From a virus: a stretch of 40,965 nucleotides of DNA. A program made the translations under genes and the position numbers. The notes below the pieces were generated by a model. The model worked only from the letters and a program-made list of their open reading frames with translations, did not search any database and had not been told where the DNA came from. The DNA lies in the UHGV virus genome UHGV-1351066; one strand, written 5' to 3'. How positions within the stretch are numbered: position 1 is the first letter of the stretch; each line of letters begins with the position of its first letter. Below are positions 17,047 through 28,911 of the stretch, piece after piece.

Positions 17047-19166
17047 CTGTCACTAGCGAGCCATGTAATAATCCCCGTGCGGGCAATGGTTTTTGCTTCA
17101 TCTGTTGATAAGGTTTTCTCCCATCTCTTAAATGCCCCAGATTGCATCAGTTTCCTTTCTATTACGCGTCTCACTTCTGCTCTGTCTACTGGTGCGTTTT
17201 GCAGGCGAAATAGCATTGATTTAAACTCAGGAGAAGACAGTAGAGCATCAGCAGCCTTTATCCTGCTTGTTTTCCCTGACATCAATGCTGACGTTATCAC
17301 CCCTGTTGCACCTACACCAGGAAGACCAGATAAGCTTGTAATACCTTCCGCCGCAGCGGCTTTTGAGGCTATTCCATAAATTTTTGCGAGACTACCCTTT
17401 TCTTTCAGAAAGTTATTAACTTGCTGATCCACAAGACTACTAGCATACTGCTTACCAGTATTGAGTCTATTCATAGCCTTAGCTGCTTGATAAATCGTAT
17501 CAAGGCGCTTTGATGCATCTGTGCCAATAGCATCACGGAGAGCCTTCATATTGGCCCCATTGCGTGACATTCCGTTATACCATTTTACAAATCCATCAAC
17601 TCCTAATTGCTGACCAGGTGATTTGGCATAGCTGGTAAATGCTTTATTCATTGAGGTGAGCGCAACTTCCTGCCGCATATCCTTTGGAATCGACTTCATT
17701 AATTGCCTAAAGTCGCCACCGTTTCCTTTTGCCATATTAACAACAGCACTTTCAACTTTTGGAATTGCTGATTGCTGAAGTTTTCTACCCAAGACGGTTA
17801 CAGCATCATCTTCAATGGATTTTCGTTTTTTTACCAACTCCTTACCAAGCGTCCATAATTCCCCTGCGCCATATTTTTCTGCGACAGCCTGTTGGTCATC
17901 TGTTATGGCTGCATATAACTTTTTAAGAACACCTGTTTCTTCATCCTTGAATGGACCAGAGCCTTTGCCAATAGCTTGTCCAACCTGCTTTCTAGCGAGA
18001 TCTAAACGACCATACGTTGGCAAGGTGTTTGGATCAAGTCGGTTCAATGTCCGCTTCATTATTGGAGATAATTCATCAATTCCACCTATGTCATCAGCAA
18101 AATCCTCTAAAAAATTCAATGTATTAGTTGCCTCAATCCGGTCTCTTACAGGAACCTTTTCGGCAATTTTGTTGTAGATGTTATCTGACTGATTTTGTAA
18201 TGATGAAATGGTTTTATCAAAATTATCTGCAAGCCTGTCAGAAACCAGTTGCTTATCAAGGCTTCCCCCAAATGAAGTTATCATTTCATCAGCTTTTCTT
18301 CCTAATTCAGTAATAAAACGCTTATGCGCCTCACTAATCTCTGTTCCAGGGAGACTTGCCACTGCATTATCAAGAGCCCTGACAGCAGGATTATTAGAGA
18401 TCATGCCTGGAGTGGCATAATTTTCCAGTTCTAGCTCACGAATAGCATTTATCGCGTTAAAATCAGGATTAACTTCATCGGCGAAATCTTGAATAGCTCG
18501 TTGCCCGCCGATAAATTTATTGTCCATTGCGCCAGCAGCTTTCTTTAACGTTGCTTTAGATGATTTACTACCCATCCCTACGGATGAGCGATAAATATCT
18601 CCGGCACTATTTTTAATTTTTCCTGCAATCTTCCCAAGCGCTGGACCAACAATCTCGGCTACAGGGCCAGCCACAGCGCCAATAGCAGCTCCGGAAGCAA
18701 CATCGCTATTTGTTCCATTGGCTACAATAGCCCCTTCTCCAGCACCAAGCCCTGCGGCGGCAGCCAGCCTTGCCGCCCCTTTCGGAACCTGAGAAATAAT
18801 CCCACCACCACTAACAAATGGCGCTGCTTGTCCAACAAACTCACCAACATCTTGTGCGGTTGATGGTTTTGCCGCTAACTTCTGCTGTAGAGACTGAATT
18901 GCGGCTTGCTCTTCTGGTGTCATATCCTGAAATAGACCAACACCTTTACCAACATCCATCAATCCACTGAGAACGCCATACATAAAACGGTCAAAGCCGT
19001 TAGCATTATTAACAACATTTTCCTGTCTGGAATTTTCCTCTGGTGAAACCAAAGGTGATTGCTGCTGCTCTGGTTGGGAATCAAGCACAAAACCATCAGG
19101 AAGCTGTGAGTTATCAGGCTGATTATCGAGAACAAATCCTTCGGGTAAACCTACATCGGTTGCCAT
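17043..19166 (-). CDS. ejection/internal virion protein (P22 gp16-like)
   Basis: Last gene of the late operon in P22 order; Gly/Ala-rich central region. Confidence 0.6.
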   Translation of the reverse strand: MATDVGLPEGFVLDNQPDNSQLPDGFVLDSQPEQQQSPLVSPEENSRQENVVNNANGFDRFMYGVLSGLMDVGKGVGLFQDMTPEEQAAIQSLQQKLAAKPSTAQDVGEFVGQAAPFVSGGGIISQVPKGAARLAAAAGLGAGEGAIVANGTNSDVASGAAIGAVAGPVAEIVGPALGKIAGKIKNSAGDIYRSSVGMGSKSSKATLKKAAGAMDNKFIGGQRAIQDFADEVNPDFNAINAIRELELENYATPGMISNNPAVRALDNAVASLPGTEISEAHKRFITELGRKADEMITSFGGSLDKQLVSDRLADNFDKTISSLQNQSDNIYNKIAEKVPVRDRIEATNTLNFLEDFADDIGGIDELSPIMKRTLNRLDPNTLPTYGRLDLARKQVGQAIGKGSGPFKDEETGVLKKLYAAITDDQQAVAEKYGAGELWTLGKELVKKRKSIEDDAVTVLGRKLQQSAIPKVESAVVNMAKGNGGDFRQLMKSIPKDMRQEVALTSMNKAFTSYAKSPGQQLGVDGFVKWYNGMSRNGANMKALRDAIGTDASKRLDTIYQAAKAMNRLNTGKQYASSLVDQQVNNFLKEKGSLAKIYGIASKAAAAEGITSLSGLPGVGATGVITSALMSGKTSRIKAADALLSSPEFKSMLFRLQNAPVDRAEVRRVIERKLMQSGAFKRWEKTLSTDEAKTIARTGIITWLASDS

Positions 19167-20494
19167 TGTCCGTTCCTATAAATGAGTTTCTGACCAGTTT
19201 TAGGGTTCGTTGCCGTCGCGCCTTCTGATATCCCACTTGGCGCAGCTTTTGTCTGCCCATTACCACCTTGTGGTGTAGGCTGCGCTGGGACATCGTCAAA
19301 TAGCTTGGCCTTCCTTCTCCCTAAGCTTTTTTTCAGCCCTTGAGGAATAGTATCTCCATACGTATCCAGATATTCGTCTACCTGCTGGTTAAACTGCTGC
19401 CCCATAGCGTTGGCGTTAATTTTGGCTGCGTTAACAATGTTATCCCTCGCTTCCTGTGACAAGCCATTCCCTGCATTAAGCTGGTCTACATATCCTTTTA
19501 TCTGCCCCCATATGCCATCAGAGCGCATGACCTGAACCTGTTCACCTTCGCGAACAACTGACTGAGGGTCGAGAGACTTCATGTAATTAAAGATAATCCC
19601 AAGTTGGGCAGCGCCAGTATTTACCTTGCTAAGGGCTTGCAGAGAGTTTGCCGCCGCTCTGACAGAGTTATAATTTTTGCCAAAATTGGTAATATCAGAA
19701 TTTAATCCCTTAATTAAGTCTGCTGACGGCTTACCTTTTTGCCCCAGCTCCATTAGCTTCAATCCCATCTCATCTGAGTGCATTTGTGCCCGCTGAGCCC
19801 TGTCTAGTTGAGCGTTCTGGATATTTGCCCATCCTCTCGCGTTCTCCATGTCAGCCTGACGGATGCTTTCATCCAATCGCCCTTTCTCAAGTTGGCGACC
19901 AACCATCTTATCCTGATAATCCAGCATTTTATCCGGACCAACAGCCCCTAGCGTCATAGTAGTCAGCATGTGTGATAGCTGCTCTGGATTCTGAATACCT
20001 GTCTGAATCATCCAGTCAGCATTCGCCCCCACGCGATTTAACCTGTCCTTGTTATCAGTAATGAATTTACTGTAGGCTTCCGGTCCCTGAGAAAGAGCGA
20101 CGTTAGCCCTCATGGCTAAATCGCCCATATCGTTGCGTTGCTGCTCATTAAGACCGGAAAATGCCTGTTGTGCCTGTGCAACAAACGCTGGATTTTCCTG
20201 GGCAAACTTAAATAGTCCCGATGGATCACCAGAAGCCCATGCATCAGCGTGAACCTTATTGAACGCATTAATCGCTTTCTGTTGCTGTTCCTGCTTATAA
20301 ATATCAGCAACTCCAGCCAGACCACGTAACGCGGTCAGACCAACGTTATTTGCACCTGAGCGAGCCAATTCATTGTTTTCGCGGATCAGACCAAGCGTTG
20401 CGTTAATGTCGCTTGCCTTTGGCGCATTCTCATTTTGCGTACCGATGCCAGCCAGAAAACCACCAGAATTAATACCCTGTTGCCACGTAGCCAT
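19151..20494 (-). CDS. ejection protein (P22 gp20-like)
   Basis: 447 aa; P22 synteny and size. Confidence 0.6.
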   Translation of the reverse strand: MATWQQGINSGGFLAGIGTQNENAPKASDINATLGLIRENNELARSGANNVGLTALRGLAGVADIYKQEQQQKAINAFNKVHADAWASGDPSGLFKFAQENPAFVAQAQQAFSGLNEQQRNDMGDLAMRANVALSQGPEAYSKFITDNKDRLNRVGANADWMIQTGIQNPEQLSHMLTTMTLGAVGPDKMLDYQDKMVGRQLEKGRLDESIRQADMENARGWANIQNAQLDRAQRAQMHSDEMGLKLMELGQKGKPSADLIKGLNSDITNFGKNYNSVRAAANSLQALSKVNTGAAQLGIIFNYMKSLDPQSVVREGEQVQVMRSDGIWGQIKGYVDQLNAGNGLSQEARDNIVNAAKINANAMGQQFNQQVDEYLDTYGDTIPQGLKKSLGRRKAKLFDDVPAQPTPQGGNGQTKAAPSGISEGATATNPKTGQKLIYRNGQWQPM

Positions 20495-20504
20495 TGATTA
20501 CCCC

Positions 20505-21197
20505 TTAAAACAACGAGCCAAGCAATCCGATACCAGCACCAATGCCAGCGCCCCAAGGTGTTGATGTTCCCAAAAGGCTGGCAAGACCTGCACCGGCAAT
20601 CGCACCGGACGTTCCGCCACTAATTGCTGTCTGAAGACTTGATGGTTTGTTGGCGTTAGCAGCGGCAAGTGCTGCGCTTTGCTGTGCAATGCTACTCATG
20701 TTGTTGGCATATGTTTGCCCGGCGTTTGCCTGTCCCTGAAGAGCGCCAAGACCGATATTTGCCAGGTTGTTGTAATTGTTCATTTGTCCAGATAGCCATT
20801 GCTGACCAAGCGTTGGTGCGATTGTTGCTAACTGATTACTGGTTGCGGTGGAACCTAATCCACCTGTTGCTTCCGCTGCCGCCAGACTCTGATAGCGAGC
20901 CTGACCTGCAAGGTCTTTGTACTGCTGAGAGTTGTAATACTGGTTAAGTGCCTGACCTTGCCCTTCCAGAGACGATAAGTTCTCGAGGCTGCCGACATAC
21001 TTATCAGCCAGAGGAGTAAACGGCTTCAGGTTGTTCATGATGGTGTTGAACTGCTGATTTTGCAGGTCTGCGGCATACTTCTGAGCTTCTGCTGCATACT
21101 TTGCGCTTTTATCAGAGCTACCACCTTTCCCGCCTTTTTCAGGGCAATAAGGTTCCTCGCCGCGCAGTTTTCTGCCCAGCTTAAATGCATATAACAT
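20505..21197 (-). CDS. ejection protein (P22 gp7-like)
   Basis: 230 aa; Gly/Ala-rich C-terminus; P22 synteny. Confidence 0.6.
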   Translation of the reverse strand: MLYAFKLGRKLRGEEPYCPEKGGKGGSSDKSAKYAAEAQKYAADLQNQQFNTIMNNLKPFTPLADKYVGSLENLSSLEGQGQALNQYYNSQQYKDLAGQARYQSLAAAEATGGLGSTATSNQLATIAPTLGQQWLSGQMNNYNNLANIGLGALQGQANAGQTYANNMSSIAQQSAALAAANANKPSSLQTAISGGTSGAIAGAGLASLLGTSTPWGAGIGAGIGLLGSLF

Positions 21198-21199
21198 GG

Positions 21200-21655
21200 C
21201 TATCTCCCGTGATTCAGGAAGTCGATTAGTTCTTCGCGTGTGGCGCTGTAAAATGTCACGTCATCCACGCCTTTGAAGTATTTCTTGATGGTTCCTACTC
21301 GCTTAAGGCCAATCATTGCGCAGTACATCTGACCGTGGCGGAATTTGCGCGCAGCGAACGATGTGACGCACTGAACGGTGGTGTTAGTCAGAATGTATCG
21401 CCAGAACGCCAGCCCGATTTCCTTGCTGAAGCCGCGAATCTCTGGCAGGTACATGGCGTGGCAATCGAATGTCAGCGGCTGAATCTCCTGATAGTAAACA
21501 ATGCCGCCGAACTGCCCGTGCACGTTCACCTCAAAGTAACGGCATTCAGGTTTGTAGTCGTATCCATCACCGTTGTTGCTACCAGCGATAATGTCAGGGT
21601 GATTTCCGACTGCTTCGATCAGGTCGATGTTTCGCGTTGGTTTGAATGTAATCAT
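21200..21655 (-). CDS. virion protein (P22 gp14-like by position)
   Basis: 151 aa between the needle and gp7-like genes; assignment by synteny only. Confidence 0.45.
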   Translation of the reverse strand: MITFKPTRNIDLIEAVGNHPDIIAGSNNGDGYDYKPECRYFEVNVHGQFGGIVYYQEIQPLTFDCHAMYLPEIRGFSKEIGLAFWRYILTNTTVQCVTSFAARKFRHGQMYCAMIGLKRVGTIKKYFKGVDDVTFYSATREELIDFLNHGR

Positions 21656-22356
21656 CAGTCAATCAGCCCATGTAATCTAAGTGCCGTTTCAAGCGCCAGA
21701 ATACGCTGCCGCGCCTGCTGCAAACCTGTAGCGAGAGCTGCGACTTCGGATTGTGTGTACGTAGCGCCGACAGTGTATGACTGGTTAGCGTTGAATGAGC
21801 CAAGAAGTGGCGTACCTGTGGCTGCAGTCCATCCGGTATTTCTTGCTCCAACAACCTGAATTCCATCAACTGAATATGATGTTTTTACATCCAGCGGTGA
21901 CTCAAGAGACTGCAATTCGGTTACGGTTTTCGATACGTAATCACTCTTAATGCCAGAGACATCGTTTTCTACGTCATCCAGTCTTTGGTCAACAGTGACC
22001 AGATGCGCCTGAATATCGATAACCTCATCCAGCAAGTAATCAACATCGCTACGCAGTACGACTATCTTCCCTTCGGCGGTTGTTAACCTGACCTCAAGGA
22101 GATTTATCGCTTTTGTGTTTGCGGTGATTCTTGCGTCGTGATCTGCCAGTTCGACGTCCTGTTCATCGTTTTTTACCTGAGCATCGTAAGCGCCCTGACC
22201 AGCCTGATTTGCCTTCCCGGCAATTGCGCCAACATCAGCACCCTGATTTATGACATACAGCAGGTAAGACTGGCTGAATATATTGCGTGGAAGGATTGAT
22301 GTATCGAGCCGCGTAGCTTGGATGATTACCTGCTCATTGAGATTCGAATCAGCCAT
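21655..22356 (-). CDS. tail needle (P22 gp26-like)
   Basis: N-terminus '[25 protein letters not shown]…[31 protein letters not shown]' near-collinear with P22 gp26. Confidence 0.85.
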   Translation of the reverse strand: MADSNLNEQVIIQATRLDTSILPRNIFSQSYLLYVINQGADVGAIAGKANQAGQGAYDAQVKNDEQDVELADHDARITANTKAINLLEVRLTTAEGKIVVLRSDVDYLLDEVIDIQAHLVTVDQRLDDVENDVSGIKSDYVSKTVTELQSLESPLDVKTSYSVDGIQVVGARNTGWTAATGTPLLGSFNANQSYTVGATYTQSEVAALATGLQQARQRILALETALRLHGLID

Positions 22357-23774
22357 TACTCAATCCTTATCTGGCAGCCAGACAGAGTTACAGGTGACTT
22401 CGTGATAACGCGAAGTTTGAAGCCAACATTTTTCCTGATGCGCCCGACTCGTTTCCACAAAACACGCTTGTCGTAAACGAACGGTTCATTCTGCTCAATC
22501 ATCTGCTCACGCCCGTAATTTATGCCGTCAGTGGTTGCAGAGAGGAACAGGCGGTCTGCGTACTGCGCAACGCCAGTTGACGATTCAACCTCAAGGTCGA
22601 AAACTCTGGCGTTATCCGCTTTGAACAACGGAGTAAACAGCAGGTGTTCCTGTTGCTTGTCGTACTGGCTGCTGATGTCGAATTGCAATTTCCCGGTCAC
22701 GGAATCCAGCTTATCGCCGCACGTTATCTGATTGCCTTCGTAAATGAAGTCGATAGCGCGGTACACATCGTCATACAGGCCTGTTTTCAGCACACACCAT
22801 TGCGGACCATTAGCGCTTGAAGATGCGTCATACACTAGGACATGGCGCGGAAGATGGATAATCAGCAGTTCATGCGCATCAAATCGCAGCGATTCCATCA
22901 CACCATCAGCCAGTTCATCAGCAGTGTAGGAGCGTAGTATTTTCTCAATGCTCGCGCTGGCGATTGGTGATACCTGACCGGAGCCGATGATATACACAGA
23001 CGGCGCACCTGTTGCCGGATTGCTGATGAACGCATACGAATCAGCAAACGGCGTTTTGCAGTAAGTCCCGGCAATACCTTTCTGCACCATCAGCGATGGC
23101 TGTGCGACATACAACGCGGCACCAACGGTGGTTGCCCCAGTCAGGGAAAAGTATTCAATCGTCGATGAACCAAAGCAGACGATGAAGTCTCGCCATGTTC
23201 CGATACCGATGATGCCGTCCGGCTGAGACTCGGCACGATATTGTGCGCTGTATCGGTCAGGATGCGATTCGTCTTCAAGGTCAGTGATAAACCATGAATC
23301 AGTTCCGTCTTTTGACCACGCATAACGCCCACGTAAGCGTGTAATGTCGCGGACTGAACCTAACTCATACTGCGTAAATCCGCTGTCTGCAGGCCAGTTT
23401 GAGACGGTTTTAACCGTGCCATCATAGCGATACTCGACCAGTTGACCATTAACGCCTACAGCCTGAGATGTCCGACCATGTGCCATTGATACGCGACCAC
23501 TTCCGGCGACGTCACCGACTTCGCTTTCGCCTTTGTAGAGCTTGCCACCACAGACACGATAAACAGCATTCTGCGCCATGTTGTACTCGACTCCGCGCGA
23601 TACACCGTTCACATCAGAACGTTTGGCAATGCCCGGGAATGAGCGAAGATATCCGCTGCTGTTCAGGATTTCTTTGGGTGTAGCCAACATATTCACTGGC
23701 AGATAGTCGATATAGTCGGCGTTTCGAAAGTCTTTGCCGACACCTTTCATAAGCGGAAGTTGCTGAATCGGCAT
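22356..23774 (-). CDS. tail hub protein (P22 gp10-like)
   Basis: 472 aa; position and size as P22 gp10. Confidence 0.7.
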   Translation of the reverse strand: MPIQQLPLMKGVGKDFRNADYIDYLPVNMLATPKEILNSSGYLRSFPGIAKRSDVNGVSRGVEYNMAQNAVYRVCGGKLYKGESEVGDVAGSGRVSMAHGRTSQAVGVNGQLVEYRYDGTVKTVSNWPADSGFTQYELGSVRDITRLRGRYAWSKDGTDSWFITDLEDESHPDRYSAQYRAESQPDGIIGIGTWRDFIVCFGSSTIEYFSLTGATTVGAALYVAQPSLMVQKGIAGTYCKTPFADSYAFISNPATGAPSVYIIGSGQVSPIASASIEKILRSYTADELADGVMESLRFDAHELLIIHLPRHVLVYDASSSANGPQWCVLKTGLYDDVYRAIDFIYEGNQITCGDKLDSVTGKLQFDISSQYDKQQEHLLFTPLFKADNARVFDLEVESSTGVAQYADRLFLSATTDGINYGREQMIEQNEPFVYDKRVLWKRVGRIRKNVGFKLRVITKSPVTLSGCQIRIE

Positions 23775-23783
23775 TTATTCACC

Positions 23784-24245
23784 TCACGTACTTGGATCAT
23801 CTTTCTCGATGTAAAACCGATTCCACGTAAACGCGCTTTTGTTACCACTACCGCGAGGCATGTCATTTCGCCGCTCAAGTGGTGGTATTTTGGTTAAAGC
23901 GATGCAGATTGTCTGATATGCGCTGTCAGCAGCGGTAAGGAGAGCATCTGACGGCTGAATGACGTTATCCATGCACACTTGCACAGCGAGCTTCAAAGCG
24001 ACGCCATCATTTGCCCACGCAGGGATACCTGAATCATCGTCAGGTAACGGCATGATGCCGTTTTCTGTATCAGCAAACTGATACCCAAGCTCGATACCTT
24101 TCGCCTGCCATGCTGCCATCATGTCTTCGAGGTCATTAATGGCATCTTCAATTGCCTGAGGGTCAGCATCTGTCAACGTGGCATTGGAATACAGCCCGGC
24201 TTTTCGTAAAGCCTTTAGAACGAGATCACCCTTCGTTTTCGCCAT
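23784..24245 (-). CDS. head-tail adaptor (P22 gp4-like)
   Basis: 153 aa; position and size. Confidence 0.65.
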   Translation of the reverse strand: MAKTKGDLVLKALRKAGLYSNATLTDADPQAIEDAINDLEDMMAAWQAKGIELGYQFADTENGIMPLPDDDSGIPAWANDGVALKLAVQVCMDNVIQPSDALLTAADSAYQTICIALTKIPPLERRNDMPRGSGNKSAFTWNRFYIEKDDPST

Positions 24246-24414
24246 CTTCTTCCGCCTTAGCCACTTTTTGCTTCGTTGCGGTTTCTTCAGGAGTTTTTAC
24301 CCAGCCTTTTTTCAGGTGAGATTTAACTTCTTCGTCATCAACAATGATGTAATCGACAGCAAACTGACCACAGGTGATCATGTTGCCAGGCTTATAGAGC
24401 ATTGTTCGTGCCAT
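24226..24414 (-). CDS. small hypothetical protein between coat and adaptor genes
   Basis: 62 aa from internal ATG with GGGAGAAG RBS. Confidence 0.4.
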   Translation of the reverse strand: MARTMLYKPGNMITCGQFAVDYIIVDDEEVKSHLKKGWVKTPEETATKQKVAKAEEDGENEG

Positions 24415-24455
24415 TGTCTTCTCCCAATAAAAATGGGGCCGAAGCCCCACCCAAA

Positions 24456-25709
24456 TTACTGCCCGGCAATAACGATGCCCGTATATTCAGGAACAAGTAC
24501 AGAGCAACCGTACAGAGTGGTGAAACGAGCAGTGGTTACACCTTTGATGTGGTCGAAGGCGTAAGACATGATCAGCGTAGCGCCCTGCTCGGTGGTTGCT
24601 GTCATTACCTGTGGACCCTGACCAGTCGGGAACGCCAGTTTGCCGTACATCAGCTCAACAGAACCATCAGCCCAGAACAGGTTAGCAGGTGCTGCGTTCT
24701 TGTTGAGAATGGTGATTGCTGCTGATGCTGCCGGTTTGGCATCGACGTTTGCATATGGACGACTCGCAACATCGGCATTTTCAACAGGGAGAATCTTTGG
24801 AGAGATTGTTACGGTAGTTCCGCTAACAGCCAGAACACGGAATACCTGCGGTTGCCCGGTGGTATCTTTTGTGATCTGGTGTACGGAATTCACACCGGCA
24901 ATGGTGAACGCATCACCAACCTGCAAGCCAGATGCAGATACCGTAATAGTCCCCTGTCGGTTATCAACTGGCATACCATTTGAATCTTTCGCTTCAACCT
25001 TGTGTTCAGGTTGGCTTGATACTGTCAAGGATTCAGCGCTTCCTTTCGGTAATCGACCAGAAATATCGGTCTTGTAGCTATCAAAGGAAGCAACCGGAGG
25101 GATCTGCGCTTTTTCGTATGCTGTCAGGGTTGCGCCCTGAGCATAGGCACGGTGACCAAGCTCGCCAGCAAGATCTTTGTAGTTGAAGGGGTTCCAGAAA
25201 GAGCGACGGTTGATACCCTGAGGTACACCAATCGCCGTCATGGTGGCATCAATGCCTGCCGCACAGTTCCACAAATCACGGCCCTGTGTACCTGTGGTTG
25301 AGTCAGCCATCGTGATCACGTTAGTAGCACGCTGCGTGACCATGGAAATCAGGTCAGAGTCAATCTGTGCAGCAAGGCGCATACCTGCGGCGCGACCAGC
25401 TTCAGTTTTATGTTCCGGGTCACGCATTTCACGCGCATCCAGAGTGTACAGAATGTTTTTCGGCTCCTTGAACACAGAAGGAACAAGGCGCTGAACCAGT
25501 GCTGTTGGCGTTTTGCTGCTGAGATCGAGGCCTTCTTCAATGTTCATGTGGTAATGCTGCGGACGATACAGAACATCACCTGCTCGCTGCATTGCTGTAT
25601 CACCGGGACGGAATTTTTTAGCGTTACGGGAAACTACGCAGGCGGCCTCAAAGCCTTCAACGTAGTTTTCGAACATGATTTCAAGGTCTTTTGCTAATTG
25701 GTTAGCCAT
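24456..25709 (-). CDS. major capsid (coat) protein, P22-like fold
   Basis: 417 aa; scattered motif similarity to P22 coat ('FWNPFNYKDLAGELG', 'LFWADGSVE'); follows scaffold gene. Confidence 0.75.
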   Translation of the reverse strand: MANQLAKDLEIMFENYVEGFEAACVVSRNAKKFRPGDTAMQRAGDVLYRPQHYHMNIEEGLDLSSKTPTALVQRLVPSVFKEPKNILYTLDAREMRDPEHKTEAGRAAGMRLAAQIDSDLISMVTQRATNVITMADSTTGTQGRDLWNCAAGIDATMTAIGVPQGINRRSFWNPFNYKDLAGELGHRAYAQGATLTAYEKAQIPPVASFDSYKTDISGRLPKGSAESLTVSSQPEHKVEAKDSNGMPVDNRQGTITVSASGLQVGDAFTIAGVNSVHQITKDTTGQPQVFRVLAVSGTTVTISPKILPVENADVASRPYANVDAKPAASAAITILNKNAAPANLFWADGSVELMYGKLAFPTGQGPQVMTATTEQGATLIMSYAFDHIKGVTTARFTTLYGCSVLVPEYTGIVIAGQ

Positions 25710-25727
25710 GCTTAATGCTCCGATAGG

Positions 25728-26621
25728 TTATTTTTTTGCCTTTTTAGCGGCGAAATACGGCGTCCAGTCACCAGTTTCCAGCGCCTTGGCTTTCAGTTTG
25801 TCGAGGTTATTGATTACTGCGCCGTTGCTCCCCTTAACTGTCGGGGTTGTGGCTGCCGTGGTTTTTGCTTTTGGCATGATTCTGGCCTTCGATTCGATAC
25901 GTTCCAGCAGACGACCAATTGCTACGGGGTTGGTAGCTTCTGCCAGTTGCTTGCGCAGTTCAGCGTTGCGACCGAGTGCCAGAACAACGATTTCCGGCTT
26001 CTCTGACTCAAGAAGGATCATGTCCTGAATGTGAACAGGAACATCTTCGCGCACAGCCTGCTCTGCATCCTGGTAACCAGCCACTTTCAGTGCTTTTACT
26101 CTATGCATGTAATTGGCTGCTTTCTGCTGAAGCGTTGCGGTACGCGCCTCTTCCTCTCGTTTCCGCTCTCGTACTTGCTCCTGGTATTTGCCGTTATCCT
26201 CTGCCCACTTAGCCATGCGTTGCTGATAGATTTCTTCATCGAAACCGATGTCCTCATCATCCAGTTTTGGCATTCGCGGTGGTTGAGTGATTACCGGCTG
26301 CTGCTCGACGGGTTTCTGAGACTGACGCATCAGCTCTTTCAGTTCGCGGTCTTTCTCTTTAATCGTCTTGCGCAGGTGTTTTACCAGTCCATGCTCTGCG
26401 CCATCTTCGCTGGTTGGCGAATCCAGCTTTTCGTCACCAAAGTAGAATTCCTGCTCTGATTCGTCGTCATCAGTTTCAGTAGCTTCCTCTGCATCATTAC
26501 CGGAGGACTCACTGCCATCTTCTGTTTCGACTTCTTCAGCCAGTTCGACATCATCAGGAATCTGCTCTGACGCGTCGGTTTCGATTTCAACTTCTGGTGT
26601 GTTTTCTGCCATCTGGTCCAT
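25728..26621 (-). CDS. scaffolding protein
   Basis: 297 aa, highly acidic/helical, between portal and coat. Confidence 0.7.
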   Translation of the reverse strand: MDQMAENTPEVEIETDASEQIPDDVELAEEVETEDGSESSGNDAEEATETDDDESEQEFYFGDEKLDSPTSEDGAEHGLVKHLRKTIKEKDRELKELMRQSQKPVEQQPVITQPPRMPKLDDEDIGFDEEIYQQRMAKWAEDNGKYQEQVRERKREEEARTATLQQKAANYMHRVKALKVAGYQDAEQAVREDVPVHIQDMILLESEKPEIVVLALGRNAELRKQLAEATNPVAIGRLLERIESKARIMPKAKTTAATTPTVKGSNGAVINNLDKLKAKALETGDWTPYFAAKKAKK

Positions 26622-26711
26622 TTGTTACCCCTGTTTACTCGATGTTCAGCCCATCGGAAGGCAATAGGGTGCCAGGCCTCATAAAGACAGCCATTGCACG
26701 TTATGGGTTAA

Positions 26712-28910
26712 TTACTGCTGTGGTTGTTGCTGAGTTGATTTTTGCAGGATGCTGCTGATGTCCATGCGCTGCGCATGGCCCTGTGCCTGACTTTTCAGGA
26801 CAAGCTCTGCATCAGCACGGGCATTGTCTCCTTGCTGTTGCTGGAACTGTCCGAGCAGTTTCAGAGCCTCGCGGATATCAGATTTCTGCTGACTATCGGC
26901 AGATGCGAGTATTTTCACAACATTTGCCGCTGCAACCTGAGCATCAGTCTGTGCCTGGAATGCTTTAACCTGAATGGCTGCCTGTTCGTTCTGCGCTTTC
27001 TGCAATTCAGCCTGACCAGCAAGAAGCTGACCTTGCGCTGCAACCATAGCCGGATCTGGCTGACTGGCCTGTTGTTGTTTCGCCTGCTCAACCATTTGCT
27101 GTTCTTCAGGCGTTCTCGGCTTGATAACGCCAGACAGAAGCAACTGATTGCGGTTGTATTCTTTAAGGTCGTCCATCCCTTCGCCGTCCATATTGTCGAG
27201 AATCATCGACGATACAAGGTCGTGCTTCGGCGTCCCTGGCGGGATAAGTGCCAGCATGGAAAGTAACGACTTAACCGTTGCATCACGGCGAGTAGCGAAC
27301 GACTGACCGACATCGACAGTCACTTCGTAGTTACCCTGCGAAAGGTCGTTAAGCGCGATAACCTGCCCTGTCTGACGGTCAACCACTTCACCAGTCATCA
27401 GCGCCACGTCATCGCTGCCGTCCTCATTAACGATACGCATCGGCGTATCGCTGCCATAGACTTCACGCGCCATAGAAAGCCACACAACGCCAGCGCGACG
27501 CATGGATTTAGCCATGTTGTCCATGTAGATATAGGACTGCGTATCCATCCGGTTAAAGATGCTATCAACGGTATCGGTAGCGACGTTGCTCGGCATATTC
27601 TCAAGCTGCGACGCACCTGTAATTTGCTGAATAGCCGTTCCGGTGTACTGCAATAGCCCGGCAAGAGCAGGAGGCATTTGTGTCGGAGGTGTATAACTGC
27701 TGACCTGAGCCTGCGCAGTAATATCTCCGTTTTTGTTTTTCAGACTGACCATCGGCAGGAACGCCGGGCGCTTTTTGTTGCGCTCCGCCCAATGAGTGGC
27801 AAGAGGACCAGGAATCATGTCAACATCAACTACAGGAATGCCATCGCCGCCAGCCTGAGTGGCGTTATCTGCAATCATGGAAACCATCAGGTTCTCAAGA
27901 CGCTGTGCATCCATCGCTTTTGCTGCGTGGCCTTCGATTCGCTCCTGATTATCAACAAATGATCGACGCCCATATACCGGGATGAGAGGAATATGTTCGC
28001 CCGGAATACGCTTCGGTTCTTCCAGCCATTCAGCGCCAGACAGAAGACCGCAATAAACTCGGCGTTTCTTCACTGTCCGCTCACCGATCAGCTCGAATGC
28101 ACCATCGGTCAGCTCGTCGACAATATCTTTGATCTGTTCTTCATCATAGATTGCCGTTTCTCCACTAACAGAGTTGCGCCACGCCGTGAGCTTCACCTTC
28201 TCTATGCGAACTTCGTAGTATCGTCCGACATAGATTGCATCAGGCGTTGACCAGTCATACTGAGTACCAGTGTCATCACGAGAAAGACTTGCCGCGATGG
28301 AATCAGGGTATTCAGCCTCGAACGCTTTAGGCGTCATGGAGAACATTTCCATAGCCCACATAGCATCAGAGCGGTCATATTGCTTGCTGTCCTGATCGAA
28401 GAAGACGCATGTCGCTGGGTCGTAAACAGGAAGAAGGCTGATGCGTCGCTGCTCGTTACTCGGATCCATTTCATCTTCGTAATCAGCACACATGCGGAAA
28501 CAACCGAATCCGCCCGTTACAGCATCATCAAATGCGTTATCACACGCTTCGCCACCGGATGTTTCCTGATAATCAGCGCGGAATTTGCCGTTCATCTTTT
28601 CGGCTAACGCTTCCGATGCCTTGTCATCCTTCGGCCTGAATTTAACGCTGATGCGATTCTGTCGATACTCGCCAATGATGCGATCACATTCACGGGCAAT
28701 CTTATTCAGTTCAAAGCGCGGGTAATGCTCAAACCTGCCTTCATCAAATGAGTAACCAGCGTTTGTGCTGCCTTCCCACTGTGCGCCGGACACCCGGACG
28801 AAACGTTGAGCCTCAATAATCTGCTTACGCATATCCTGCGTTGCTGACCAGGCATTATCAAAGTTGCACAGCACCTTGCGATGCCAGTCAGTCATCTTTT
28901 TTTCTGCCAT
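26712..28910 (-). CDS. portal protein (P22 gp1-like)
   Basis: 732 aa; downstream of terminase large subunit; Q-rich C-terminal barrel region. Confidence 0.8.
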   Translation of the reverse strand: MAEKKMTDWHRKVLCNFDNAWSATQDMRKQIIEAQRFVRVSGAQWEGSTNAGYSFDEGRFEHYPRFELNKIARECDRIIGEYRQNRISVKFRPKDDKASEALAEKMNGKFRADYQETSGGEACDNAFDDAVTGGFGCFRMCADYEDEMDPSNEQRRISLLPVYDPATCVFFDQDSKQYDRSDAMWAMEMFSMTPKAFEAEYPDSIAASLSRDDTGTQYDWSTPDAIYVGRYYEVRIEKVKLTAWRNSVSGETAIYDEEQIKDIVDELTDGAFELIGERTVKKRRVYCGLLSGAEWLEEPKRIPGEHIPLIPVYGRRSFVDNQERIEGHAAKAMDAQRLENLMVSMIADNATQAGGDGIPVVDVDMIPGPLATHWAERNKKRPAFLPMVSLKNKNGDITAQAQVSSYTPPTQMPPALAGLLQYTGTAIQQITGASQLENMPSNVATDTVDSIFNRMDTQSYIYMDNMAKSMRRAGVVWLSMAREVYGSDTPMRIVNEDGSDDVALMTGEVVDRQTGQVIALNDLSQGNYEVTVDVGQSFATRRDATVKSLLSMLALIPPGTPKHDLVSSMILDNMDGEGMDDLKEYNRNQLLLSGVIKPRTPEEQQMVEQAKQQQASQPDPAMVAAQGQLLAGQAELQKAQNEQAAIQVKAFQAQTDAQVAAANVVKILASADSQQKSDIREALKLLGQFQQQQGDNARADAELVLKSQAQGHAQRMDISSILQKSTQQQPQQ

Positions 28911-28911
28911 A

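Noticed and set aside
17077-18420. Plus-strand ORFs (61-120 aa) antisense to the gp16-like gene
   Set aside because: Embedded opposite a well-supported structural gene; Ala/Ser-rich translations reflect the mirror of the Gly/Ala-rich coding strand.
24178-26459. Multiple plus-strand ORFs overlapping coat, scaffold and adaptor genes
   Set aside because: Antisense to the late structural operon, no RBS, compositionally biased; considered spurious.
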